From Nannocystales bacterium (lineage in GTDB: Bacteria; Myxococcota_A; Polyangia; Nannocystales; Nannocystaceae), in contig JBOEGF010000008.1 in the NCBI GenBank assembly GCA_050633305.1, forward strand, positions 224,001 to 288,000: 64,000 bases of DNA, read 5' to 3'. Made by a program: the position numbers and the translations under genes. Below are positions 20,301 through 28,469 of the stretch, in pieces. How positions within the stretch are numbered: position 1 is the first letter of the stretch; every line of letters starts with the position of its first letter. The notes under the pieces are model-generated. The model was not told the DNA's origin. It did not search any database and was given only the letters and a program-made list of their open reading frames with translations.

Positions 20301-20595
20301 CGCCATCGACGCGGACACCGAGGTCCGGGTGCGGGTCTTGGACCGAGCAGGGAACGCGACCGAGCTCGAGCGCACGGTCGCCGCCCTGCGAGGGACGTTC
20401 GGCCAAGGCGCGCCGTCCCCCGGTGGCACCGACACCGACGGCGAATCACCACCCACGAGTTCCACCGGCGGCGACACCGAGGAGCCGGGGCACAACGACA
20501 GCGGCGACGGTTGCGGCTGTCGGTCCAGCGGCCCGACGAGCATTTGGTGGTTTTTCCTCTTCCTGGGTCTGCCTGCGCGTCGCCGTCAGCCGTAG
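17314..20595 (+). CDS. HzsA-like (beta-propeller plus hydrazine synthase alpha middle domain) di-heme surface protein with MYXO-CTERM
   Basis: MDPAVSHDARKVAFS, DTAPAFL..RLAFVSTR, DTSFRTRVPADVSLLLQAIDCDG..GEQLTCTGCH, FESRCTPCH, RWIDTG, GCGCRSS..WWFFLFLGLPARRR. Confidence 0.8.
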   Translation: MMVADGRRRGVLAIMFIVACGDAGNLSPFASGADAGSESSPVGQTSGLDASSAEGNAESGDETSGGSTGGLAQAWDGELDFVYVRCARTSAALDITLDIEKDGATQTATRTLQHADVYDRFPSSQTAGGRWAAPCDLVLREADGSEQVLYDCSSGFSAESACTAMDPAVSHDARKVAFSVYRGTANHREMRATPELIDPAAEGGEQRFVALPGWELEPLEAQLYIYDVDSAALTAFPHDEGVFDTAPAFLSTNRLAFVSTRDGVGSTRIRWPSDSWETVVSTTRVPQLYSVDAQGRDAVRLNPQTGTGDGAPFQLRDGRIAHISWQALGLLPFRYDNGNTGSPGARANLAHLYAVGPWGTHLSAMFGQHTHISGPPDFQHTGAQRVAQTSDGRVWFTDRAGPAGGRIYGFVPSPNGVEGQAPGSTDNNASTFSPASMQELTTWASGHGALSGPMPEPALEVAGYADPLFLRGFVRDPEGLPENELMLVWSKGGCHDSGTAFEAVFGEDPPPLTSGAEQFIAASVLNHIGLDNPGCDAGIYRVRSIPVEHPGEFEPLVDTAEYHEIMPRALVPYSAVHGVDRPDAPAPATADLEPGSPFGELAVSSMLLRETRSTDGHPFGGQAQWARQGTDTADYDDAELCGARVLAVQPNESEEDEEELRAPVGARVLVLGEIDVRHGNELDRLGMPDTSFRTRVPADVSLLLQAIDCDGRTLNTSQTPFSVRSGEQLTCTGCHYPSEEGLRFSGVFADRNTYEPSTTTLGTVQLLSDGGVVDQDGWGRSYDFIQDVFPIFESRCTPCHDADQADAGLILDAPGTEPGSSWWTLVGDRQQQFVPDERLAPTPSGGSLSPPQLTRYVRFMNARGSLLYWKAAGHRTDGRTDDQFPDDAEDGFADVDFGPEHPTDITAEELGVLSRWIDTGSGAGSRFRADTTPPTLAVVIRGGGSQEPVLSIGTVDVGSGIDSTSLEVCRVEASGACTSIPTPDADEAGVVQVPLDAIDADTEVRVRVLDRAGNATELERTVAALRGTFGQGAPSPGGTDTDGESPPTSSTGGDTEEPGHNDSGDGCGCRSSGPTSIWWFFLFLGLPARRRQP

Positions 20596-20599
20596 GTCT

Positions 20600-21940
20600 T
20601 CACGGGGCGCTCGTGACCGCCGACTCGCCAATGCTGGCGGACATCACAGCGCTCCGACGACGACGCCGGTACCGCCCCCACGGCAGCAGACAGAGGCTGA
20701 GCCAACCGACCGAGCCTCCGACCGAGCATCCACCGCCATCGCCGGATGCTGAGGCGCCCGGGTCGGTGTCCGTGCCAGATGCAGACGTCCCGCCGGGCCC
20801 TCCCTCGTCACCCGTCTCCACCGCGCCGGTGCCCGTGGAGTCCCCTGCCGCGGGCTCGTCGGGAACTCGACACTCGCCAGCAATGCATGAAAGCCCTGCG
20901 TCACACGGCGCGTTCTCGTCGACCGCTCCGTCGCAGTCGTCGTCGAGCAGGTTGCACACTTCGTCGACGGGATCGCCTGGGATACAGGCCGCCATGTCGC
21001 AAGTGCTCGACTCACGCCGGCACCAGCCGACGCCACACGTCGGCCGGACCCGTTCGTCCACCCGTCCGTCGCAGTTGTCGTCGAAAAGGTTGCACGACTC
21101 CTCGGCGCCGGGGTTGCGCGTCTCATCGTCGGGCGCGCAGTCGCCAGGATCGGCGGCCCAACCATCGGTAGGTACGCAGCCGACAAACGTCTTCCCGGTC
21201 TCTCGTTCCGCGGGGCTGTAGTACCCGTCACCGTCTCCGTCGGGATACTGCTCGACCGGGATCGCATCGTCGTCGATCTGGTCGTTGCAGTCGTCGTCAC
21301 GGAGGTTGCAGAACTCGACCGCGCCCGGATACGTGGTGTCGCGGTTGTCGTCGCAGTCGTCGCCAGCGACCCCATAGCCCTCGGGTGGAGGGCCAGCGCA
21401 GAACACTCTCGGCTGTGTCGCCCGGCCATGCCCGTCGCCATCAAAGTCCCGAAAGAACTCCTGCGGCTCACAGCCATAGACGACGTCGAGGTAGTGCTCG
21501 TCCCCCTCGTCGCCTCCAGACGATCCGTTGCCGTTGGCCACCACGGACGACACGCCGAACCGCGTGGCCCCCGGCGAGCCGGGGATGTCCCATTCGAAGG
21601 TGAACGTAGCGTCTCCGCCGTTCATGGAGCGCGGCGAAGTGTGAGTCAGTCCACTGCCGACCGAAGCCATCCCCTGGCCAGAGATGGGCGAGATCGACCC
21701 CCCGTCCACACCGATGAACACCCCCGCGACGTTGCCAGAGCCTTGGATCTCGACGTCGACGGTCACCGTGTCGCCGGGCTGCAAGGTGGCGGGCATCGTG
21801 AACAGCGAAGCATTGTGGTCGCCGTCGCCGTGGCAACCGCTGCACGAACCCCCTTGGGCGCCGCCGGAGTGCGCGAGAGCAACTCCCGGTGTCGCAAACA
21901 CACCCAGCGCGATTGCAAAACTGGCGGCCCCTCTCCGCAT
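20600..21940 (-). CDS. Reeler/choice-of-anchor-V-like CxxCH domain plus MopE-type Cys/Asp repeats plus MYXO-CTERM-like tail
   Basis: AHSGG..CSGCHG, LTHTSP..FTFEW, repeated GDDCDD..YPGA.E.CN..DDDC.G.VDE, GGCSVGG..RRRRR. Confidence 0.78.
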   Translation of the reverse strand: MRRGAASFAIALGVFATPGVALAHSGGAQGGSCSGCHGDGDHNASLFTMPATLQPGDTVTVDVEIQGSGNVAGVFIGVDGGSISPISGQGMASVGSGLTHTSPRSMNGGDATFTFEWDIPGSPGATRFGVSSVVANGNGSSGGDEGDEHYLDVVYGCEPQEFFRDFDGDGHGRATQPRVFCAGPPPEGYGVAGDDCDDNRDTTYPGAVEFCNLRDDDCNDQIDDDAIPVEQYPDGDGDGYYSPAERETGKTFVGCVPTDGWAADPGDCAPDDETRNPGAEESCNLFDDNCDGRVDERVRPTCGVGWCRRESSTCDMAACIPGDPVDEVCNLLDDDCDGAVDENAPCDAGLSCIAGECRVPDEPAAGDSTGTGAVETGDEGGPGGTSASGTDTDPGASASGDGGGCSVGGSVGWLSLCLLPWGRYRRRRRSAVMSASIGESAVTSAP

Positions 21941-22091
21941 GGCGACAGTGGACCACGTTCCGGCTGAGATTTCTGCGGGCTTCGGTACCCCGGCGGCGAG
22001 CGCGGAGAACGCGGGATTTCTCGCACGCAGAGGGTTTCCCCTGGGTTGCGACAGCCGGGCCCTGCACTTCGTGAGTGCTACGTTCGGCCCA

Positions 22092-23396
22092 ATGCGGCGA
22101 GTCGTCGAACCCGGAAGCACCCTCCCCCAGCAGCGAGCCGATCGCCTCTCCAAGGCCGTCTGCGGCGCGGCTGCACTCGCTCTGATCATCGGTGTCGGGT
22201 GTGGCGGAGATGACGGAGGTGTCGCTGCAACCGGAGCGACGACCTCGGACACGGTGACCGACCCGGGCAGCACCACGACAGGGGAACTCCCCACCTCCTC
22301 CGGTTCTTCGTCGACAGCGGCAGCGGCCTCCAGTTCCGAGACCTCCAGCGCGGACAGTTCTTCGACCGGCACCCCTCAAGCGGCGCCGTACGAAGCCCGA
22401 GGTCCGTACGGCGTGGGTCTGCAGACCTCCAGCATCACGGCAGGGAAGCGTGAGGTCGAAGCCACCATCTGGTACCCGAGCGACACCGAGACCGGCAGCA
22501 CGCCTCTGACCGACCTCGTCCCCGACGCCCAACAGGACATCCTGCAGGGGTTGCTCGATGACGCCCCCGCCGAGTGCGTCCGGTCGACCGCCGAAGGCAC
22601 CCTGGATGCGGACGTCGCCGCGGGCACGTTTCCGGTGGTGATGGTGTCGCACTGCTACTCGTGTCTGGGCCTGTCCTCCGGCTTCGTTGCGGAGCGACTG
22701 GCCAGCCACGGCGTCATCGTCATCGGCGTCACGCATACGGGAGGATCGTTGTTCGACTCCGTCGCCGGCACTCCCGGTCCGCTCGACGGAGAGTTTCTGC
22801 AGACCCGGAGCGAAGATGTGATCAACACGTTCGATGTGTTGTCCAGCAGCGGCGAGATGGCGGCCTCCATGGACACCAGCCGCGTGGGCGTATTCGGGCA
22901 CAGCTTCGGCGCGACAACGACCGGCTTGGTGCTCCAAAACGACGACCGATTCAGCGCCGGTGTTGCGATCGCGGCCCCAATCCAGAACCCTTTGCTGCCC
23001 GGCGTCGACACGGCCCAGGTCGCAGAGCCGATGCTCTACCTGCTGATGGAAGAGGACAACAGCATCCTCACCATCGGTAACAACCTGCTGCGCAGCAACG
23101 CTATGGGGATGCCGGGTGGATCGTGGCTCGTCGAGCTCGCCGACGCGGGGCACTGGAGCCCCTCGGATCTGTGCGGCATTGTCGACGACTTCATGCCCGG
23201 TTGCGGCGACGACCTTCGCCAGACCGACGGGTCTCCCTTCACCTACCTCAGCGCCGACGAAGGCCGCAGCATCACCGCATCCTACGTGACCGCGTTCTTC
23301 GCCCTACACCTCCAGGACGACGCGGCGGCGCTCGACTACCTCAGCGTCGGCACGCCCGCAGACACCGTCACAGTCACCCAATACCCCAGCCGCTAG
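22092..23396 (+). CDS. alpha/beta-hydrolase lipoprotein (PAF-acetylhydrolase/chlorophyllase-like)
   Basis: GPYGVG, IWYP, FPVVMVSH, LASHG, GHSFG nucleophile elbow, DAGH. Confidence 0.85.
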   Translation: MRRVVEPGSTLPQQRADRLSKAVCGAAALALIIGVGCGGDDGGVAATGATTSDTVTDPGSTTTGELPTSSGSSSTAAAASSSETSSADSSSTGTPQAAPYEARGPYGVGLQTSSITAGKREVEATIWYPSDTETGSTPLTDLVPDAQQDILQGLLDDAPAECVRSTAEGTLDADVAAGTFPVVMVSHCYSCLGLSSGFVAERLASHGVIVIGVTHTGGSLFDSVAGTPGPLDGEFLQTRSEDVINTFDVLSSSGEMAASMDTSRVGVFGHSFGATTTGLVLQNDDRFSAGVAIAAPIQNPLLPGVDTAQVAEPMLYLLMEEDNSILTIGNNLLRSNAMGMPGGSWLVELADAGHWSPSDLCGIVDDFMPGCGDDLRQTDGSPFTYLSADEGRSITASYVTAFFALHLQDDAAALDYLSVGTPADTVTVTQYPSR

Positions 23397-23404
23397 GACT
23401 CCCG

Positions 23405-24358
23405 ATGCCCAAGCCACACATGTGCTCCGCCGCCCTTCTGAACAAAGACCTCAGCGGTCAAACATTCGTCGTCACAGGGGCGAACTCCGGTATTGGGTTG
23501 GTCACGGCCACCCAACTCGCCTCCCAGGGCGCGACGGTCGTGATGGGCTGCCGCCGAACCGAAGAAGGAGAAGCTCGGGCGGCCGAGATCCGTGAGCAGC
23601 ACAGCGGCGCCAAGGTCGAGGTCTACGCACTCGACTTGGGCAAACTCGCCTCGGTCCGCACCTTTGCCGACACCGTGCAAGAGAAGCACGATGCGCTGCA
23701 GGGCTTGATCAACAACGCGGGCGTCATGAACACGCCGCAGCAGAAGACCGCCGACGGTTTCGAGATGCAGATCGGCGTCAACCACCTCGGCCACTTCCTG
23801 CTGACCGAGCTGCTGCTGCCTGCGCTCAAGGCCGGAGCACCCTCCCGCGTCGTCATCGTCTCGAGCTGTTTTCACGATAAGGCGATGGGTCGCGAGGGCA
23901 AGATCGACCTCGACGACCTGTTCTTCGAGAAGCGCGACTACGACGGCTGGGAGGCGTACGCCCAGTCCAAGCTGGCCAACGTCCTCCATGCTCAGGGCCT
24001 GGCAAAACGACTGGAAAGCACGGGCGTCACCGCGGTCAGCGTGCACCCGGGGTGGGTCCGTACCAACCTCGCGCGACACAGCATGCCGGTCTGGGTGCAG
24101 AACTACATCCTGCGCCCAGTGCTTGGGATCATGGGGATGATCGAGCCCTGGCAAGGTGCACAGAGTTCCCTGCACGCCGCGTTGGCCGACGACGTCCCTG
24201 AGCACAACGGCGCGTACTACAGCCAGCTGGGTATCTACCGGGACAAGAGCTGCAACAAGGGGGGCTGGCCGATGAAGAGTCCAAGCCCGGCCGCCAACGA
24301 CGACGCCACCGCCGACGCGTTGTACGAGAAGAGCCGGGCGCTCGTCGGACTGGCGTGA
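23405..24358 (+). CDS. SDR oxidoreductase (retinol dehydrogenase/WWOX-like)
   Basis: TGANSGIG, NNAGVM, GVNHLGHF, YAQSK, VHPGWV. Confidence 0.92.
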   Translation: MPKPHMCSAALLNKDLSGQTFVVTGANSGIGLVTATQLASQGATVVMGCRRTEEGEARAAEIREQHSGAKVEVYALDLGKLASVRTFADTVQEKHDALQGLINNAGVMNTPQQKTADGFEMQIGVNHLGHFLLTELLLPALKAGAPSRVVIVSSCFHDKAMGREGKIDLDDLFFEKRDYDGWEAYAQSKLANVLHAQGLAKRLESTGVTAVSVHPGWVRTNLARHSMPVWVQNYILRPVLGIMGMIEPWQGAQSSLHAALADDVPEHNGAYYSQLGIYRDKSCNKGGWPMKSPSPAANDDATADALYEKSRALVGLA

Positions 24359-24533
24359 AGGCGATTCATGCGGTTCCCCAACGTCGATGCCGACGTGCCA
24401 CCGCCGCGCACGAGGGAATCCGTCGTCGTCCAACCGTTGCCCGCGAGCAGGCCATCGTTGCCTCCGCGTTTCGCCCTAGTTCCGTCAACGAGTCGACCGT
24501 GATCAGCAGCACAGGCTTCACCGACCACGGCTC

Positions 24534-24713
24534 ATCCCAGCCAAATGCTGGGCCAACGGTCGCAAGCGACTCCTGACCCTGCTTCGCGGCAGGCTGGGCC
24601 ACCGCGGGGCACCCAGGCCTCGGGATGCGGCATGACCCCCAAGTCAGCAATTCCTGCCCCTCGCTCTGAGGTGGTCAGGTTTCCAGGACCACCACACGTC
24701 GGTCCAGGTAGGA
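24534..24713 (-). ncRNA. ssrS: probable 6S RNA
   Basis: ~180-nt rod in the longest gene-free gap: CTGGACCGACG/CGTTGGCCCAG terminal stem, CCTGACC/GGTCAGG closing a central bubble with a 3' hairpin CCTGC-cgcgaa-GCAGG, apical CATGCC..GAGGCC; G-U pairs favour the minus strand. Confidence 0.6.
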
Positions 24714-24758
24714 TTCGCCCCCCTTGCGCGAGGCGCAGCGGGAGTGTGATCTTGTCCC

Positions 24759-25766
24759 GTGAATCGAGTTCTTTGGGGGAGTCTCGCACTACTGGCAACG
24801 GTCGCCGGGTGTGGGGAAGAGGACGAGCCAGGCGTCGAGGCCACCGACTATGCGCAGCAAGAGCGCGACGCCATCTGCGACTACCGTGTCCGCTGTGGCT
24901 TCTCGACGGACCGGGACGCCTGCCTCGGATCCGTCGAGCGGAGCCGCACCACGATTCAGGCGATCGGCGGCATCGAGTCCGAGCGCGTCGCGTACGACCC
25001 ACAAGCGGCGTTGGCGTACATCGAGCTGCTCGAAGAGGCGGGATGCGAAGCGACGATCGCCAACGCCCGCGAGCTGGAGGCGGCCCGAGCTGAAGTCCTC
25101 GAGGGCAGCGTCGCTGCCGGGGACTCCTGCTTCGCCGACACCGAGTGCGCAGGCGAACGAGCCATCTGCGACCAGACCGGATGCGGCGGCCAAGTCTGTT
25201 GCGAGGGAACCTGCGTAGAGTCCCAAACGCTGAGTCTCGGCTCCGCCTGCCCTCTGTTCCCCGTGGACGTCGACCGTCTCACGGCGTTCTGCGAAGATAC
25301 GGCGTATTGCGCACCCCCGCCCGACGACGGCAGTGGCGAACCGGCTCCGATGGGGACCTGCCAACCGCGAGCCGACAACGGTGAGCCCTGCGACCGCAAC
25401 GACGCATGCCTCGACGGGCAGCGCTGCGCCATGGATCAGTGCTTCGTGCTCTCGACCGCCGGCCAGCCATGCAACCCCACGCTGACCACGGGCTCGTGTG
25501 TCGAGGCCAACCAGGTCTGCGACATGGCATCGAGCACCTGCGTGGACGCACCCGGCGACGGGCAACCATGTGTCTTCGGAGAGTGCATGCCCTACGCCTC
25601 GTGCGTCGAGGACGTCTGCGTCCGCCGACCGGTGCAAGGAGAGTCCTGCGAAGGCACACCACCGTGCCAGGGCAACCTGCAGTGTCGCGACAACATCTGC
25701 GAGCTCGAAGCCGTGGTGTTTGTGTGTCTCGAAGGCGAGCCCCCGCCTCCTCCTGAAGGCGAGTGA
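24759..25766 (+). CDS. Cys-rich lipoprotein
   Basis: Lipobox VAGC, many G.(P/S)C....C repeats. Confidence 0.8.
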   Translation: MNRVLWGSLALLATVAGCGEEDEPGVEATDYAQQERDAICDYRVRCGFSTDRDACLGSVERSRTTIQAIGGIESERVAYDPQAALAYIELLEEAGCEATIANARELEAARAEVLEGSVAAGDSCFADTECAGERAICDQTGCGGQVCCEGTCVESQTLSLGSACPLFPVDVDRLTAFCEDTAYCAPPPDDGSGEPAPMGTCQPRADNGEPCDRNDACLDGQRCAMDQCFVLSTAGQPCNPTLTTGSCVEANQVCDMASSTCVDAPGDGQPCVFGECMPYASCVEDVCVRRPVQGESCEGTPPCQGNLQCRDNICELEAVVFVCLEGEPPPPPEGE

Positions 25767-26245
25767 GCGTGGGGATCTACGACTTCAACGTCACGCGCTT
25801 GGACGGGGAGCCCTACTCCCTATCCGAGCACGAGGGCCGAGTCCTGCTGGTCGTGAACACGGCGAGCCAGTGCGGCTTCACGCCCCAGTACGCCGGCCTC
25901 GAGTCGCTGCACCGCGAGTACGGCGAGCGCGGACTGACCATTCTTGGATTTCCGTGCAACCAGTTCGGCAAACAGGAGCCCGGGAACGCGGACGAGATTC
26001 GCTCATTCTGCTCGACGAGCTACGACGTCACGTTTCCCATGCACGCCAAGCTCGAGGTCAACGGACCCCGAGCCGACCCGCTGTACGAGCACCTCAAGCT
26101 CGCCCAACCGGGCCTGCTCGGCTCCAAGCGGATCAAGTGGAACTTCACCAAGTTCTTGCTCGACCGCTCCGGGTCCGTCGTCAAACGCTTCGCTCCGCTC
26201 GCCAAGCCCAAACAGCTCCGCAGCGCCATCGAAGCGCTTCTGTAG
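25763..26245 (+). CDS. glutathione peroxidase (Cys-type, BtuE/Gpx)
   Basis: VNTASQCGFTPQY, GFPCNQFG.QEPG, IKWNFTKFL. Confidence 0.95.
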   Translation: MSVGIYDFNVTRLDGEPYSLSEHEGRVLLVVNTASQCGFTPQYAGLESLHREYGERGLTILGFPCNQFGKQEPGNADEIRSFCSTSYDVTFPMHAKLEVNGPRADPLYEHLKLAQPGLLGSKRIKWNFTKFLLDRSGSVVKRFAPLAKPKQLRSAIEALL

Positions 26246-26253
26246 CGCCGCGC

Positions 26254-26841
26254 TCAGCCGATATGGTCTGCGACCTTGCCGTTGCCCCAACCGCACTGCG
26301 GATTGGCTGCGGCCGCGGTCGCGAATAGCCACGACAGCAGCTCGGCGCCGCGATGCTGGGGGACCACCAGCTTCCGCGCGAAGAGCTTCCCTTCGAGCCT
26401 CACGTGGACCCACATCCGGGGAACCATCTTGAAGAACAGCACCCGCGTGCTTTGCTCGGGAAGCGGCTCGAACTCGACCGCACCGTTGAGTGGCACGGGG
26501 ACATGTCTGACCCCACCCGCCTGCGGCGTCCGGAGCTCGGCGGTCACGCCCGAGAGCGTCTCGGGGCGGTCGAGCAACGCCTTCGCGAACCCGGACCGGT
26601 GCACCCGTCGCCGCTTCCGCGACATGAAGAAAAACACCGCCGTGAACAGGCCAAAGCCACCCGAAAGATAGAGCGCCGGAAGCTTGGCTGCCATCGGCTC
26701 GGTGCTGATGACGAAGGCCGCGAGAAATACGATCGCGAACGGCAGCGAGACCCACATCATGATCTTGCCCAGCTTGCTCTCGGAGCGATCCAGCCCCACC
26801 AACACGACCGAAGGCAAGGTCTTTCCTGCGTAGCCAGCCAC
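26254..26841 (-). CDS. hypothetical membrane protein (2 TM)
   Basis: Two hydrophobic helices followed by RKRRR; fills the gap between flanking genes. Confidence 0.65.
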   Translation of the reverse strand: MAGYAGKTLPSVVLVGLDRSESKLGKIMMWVSLPFAIVFLAAFVISTEPMAAKLPALYLSGGFGLFTAVFFFMSRKRRRVHRSGFAKALLDRPETLSGVTAELRTPQAGGVRHVPVPLNGAVEFEPLPEQSTRVLFFKMVPRMWVHVRLEGKLFARKLVVPQHRGAELLSWLFATAAAANPQCGWGNGKVADHIG

Positions 26842-26971
26842 AACCTAAACCGTGGGACTGCACACCCAGCCTGTCGACCTTATTTCGGGATCGGTCCGCC
26901 AGAGGCCGGCCCGTTGCGTTCCGCCCTCGGCTGCACAGGTCTTTGCACAGCCCTCGCCGGTCCTTAGGTGC

Positions 26972-27490
26972 CTAGGGAAAGACCGACATGATCTTCCCGA
27001 CGGCGCCGTTGATGATCGCGTCGGGGTCGTCGGTCTTGCGAAGCCACTTCGACATGCTCCCGTGCCACACCTCGCGGTCGGTCTCACGGTCGAGCAGGTA
27101 GATGTTCAACGTCCCCTGGGTTTGTTTTTGGCCGGGGCCGTCGGTGAAGTTGCTCGTGCGGTCTCCACCCTCGAGCCGGTAACGCATCCGCGTCCCGACC
27201 GAGAATGCGACCAGGAGGCGAGCCTCGCTGGCATCGGACTTCTCCAGACCACGGGCAGCGAGTTCGCGCTCGACCGCGGCACGAATCCGAAGCTCGTTTT
27301 CCTTGGTCCGGACGTTGGGCTGGTCGTCGCCGAACGTGATCAACACCGGTTCATCCGTCACCCAGGCGTACGTCGAGACCGCGGCGAAGTCGAAGCCATC
27401 GTCCTTCTCCACGGCCGGGGCAGAAGACGCGCACCCCGTGATGCCAGCGGTGGCCAGCAAGACGGTGGAGAGCAGCGCGGAACGAAACAT
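26972..27490 (-). CDS. DUF4136 family lipoprotein
   Basis: ITGC lipobox, FDFAAVSTYAW, IRAAVERELAARG, GTLNIYLLDRET..VWHG. Confidence 0.85.
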   Translation of the reverse strand: MFRSALLSTVLLATAGITGCASSAPAVEKDDGFDFAAVSTYAWVTDEPVLITFGDDQPNVRTKENELRIRAAVERELAARGLEKSDASEARLLVAFSVGTRMRYRLEGGDRTSNFTDGPGQKQTQGTLNIYLLDRETDREVWHGSMSKWLRKTDDPDAIINGAVGKIMSVFP

Positions 27491-27632
27491 GGAGCCCGAC
27501 ACGCGCGAAGTATACGGCGATCCTGGCCTCGTGCCCGCGCGCCGCGCCGGTACGACCAGATTCGTGGAAATCGCTGCGACTGCGGCCGTCTGAGCCCGTC
27601 TGTGGATTGGCGGCCCCGTCCGCATTCTCGCC

Positions 27633-28253
27633 ATGTCCGAGTCGCGTTTCACCCTCGACCCCTCCGAACACCCTTGTACGCACTGTGGGACGCTGCTCAA
27701 CGACGAAGTTCGGTTCTGCTTCGAGTGCGGCGCTCCCGTCGTCCCGGAGTTCAACTTGCCCAGCGCGCCGGCCGGAGCGCTGGAGGAACTGCGAACCGCG
27801 GCGTTCTCGCCTGTGAGCATCCGCCCGATCGAGGACGACGAAGGCCTCCAGCCGGGCGAGCCGATCGAGATCGAATCCCTGGGATTTGAAGTCATCGTCG
27901 ACGAGGTCGCGATCGACATGGCCGACGAGCCCGACGAGCCCAAGGCCGATGGTGACGTCCGCGGCGCATCCGAAGATCGACTCGAAGCCGCCGACGCTGG
28001 GTCGGCGACCGACGCCCCCACGATCGAAGATCCCTCCGGCACCGTCGTCGCGATGGCCCCCGAGCACCCGCTCCCGTTCTGGCCCGCGCCGCCCAAGGGC
28101 GACACCGTCATCGCACCTCCTCCGAAGGGGCCGCTCCCTTCCGATCAGGACGGGTTGATCCCCTCGCGCCCGCGAGACACGATGCGCCCGTGTCGTCCTG
28201 GACCGTCTACGTCCTCGTCTCCATCTGGAGCGAGCGGACCTATGTCGGCGTGA
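27633..28253 (+). CDS. zinc-ribbon domain protein with an acidic/Pro-rich tail
   Basis: CTHCG..RFCFECGAPV. Confidence 0.7.
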   Translation: MSESRFTLDPSEHPCTHCGTLLNDEVRFCFECGAPVVPEFNLPSAPAGALEELRTAAFSPVSIRPIEDDEGLQPGEPIEIESLGFEVIVDEVAIDMADEPDEPKADGDVRGASEDRLEAADAGSATDAPTIEDPSGTVVAMAPEHPLPFWPAPPKGDTVIAPPPKGPLPSDQDGLIPSRPRDTMRPCRPGPSTSSSPSGASGPMSA

Positions 28254-28459
28254 CCAACGACCTGCGCCGCCGACTCGACCAACACAACGGCGTGGCGCCC
28301 GGAGGCGCCAAGGCAACCCGAGCGGGTCGGCCGTGGAGAGTCGGCTGCACGCACGGGCCCTTCGAAGACAAGGGCGAGGCGCTTCGGGTCGAGTTTCGGC
28401 TCAAGAAGTTCCGCGGTCTGGCACGACTGCACGTCGAAGCAGAGCGCGTGGCGGATTGA
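28190..28459 (+). CDS. GIY-YIG nuclease (UPF0213/SLX1-like)
   Basis: VYVL..TYVGVTNDLRRRLDQHNG..GGAKATR..RPW..ALRVE..LK. Confidence 0.88.
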   Translation: MSSWTVYVLVSIWSERTYVGVTNDLRRRLDQHNGVAPGGAKATRAGRPWRVGCTHGPFEDKGEALRVEFRLKKFRGLARLHVEAERVAD

Positions 28460-28469
28460 GTCTCGCCAA

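Noticed and set aside
17314..20595. Anammox hydrazine synthesis
   Set aside because: No hzsB/hzsC or hydrazine dehydrogenase nearby; the protein has a myxobacterial surface anchor
25868..25876. Possible selenocysteine glutathione peroxidase
   Set aside because: The active-site codon is TGC (Cys), not TGA
28190..28459. Homing endonuclease or mobile element
   Set aside because: Small stand-alone GIY-YIG protein; no intron, inverted repeats or target duplication seen
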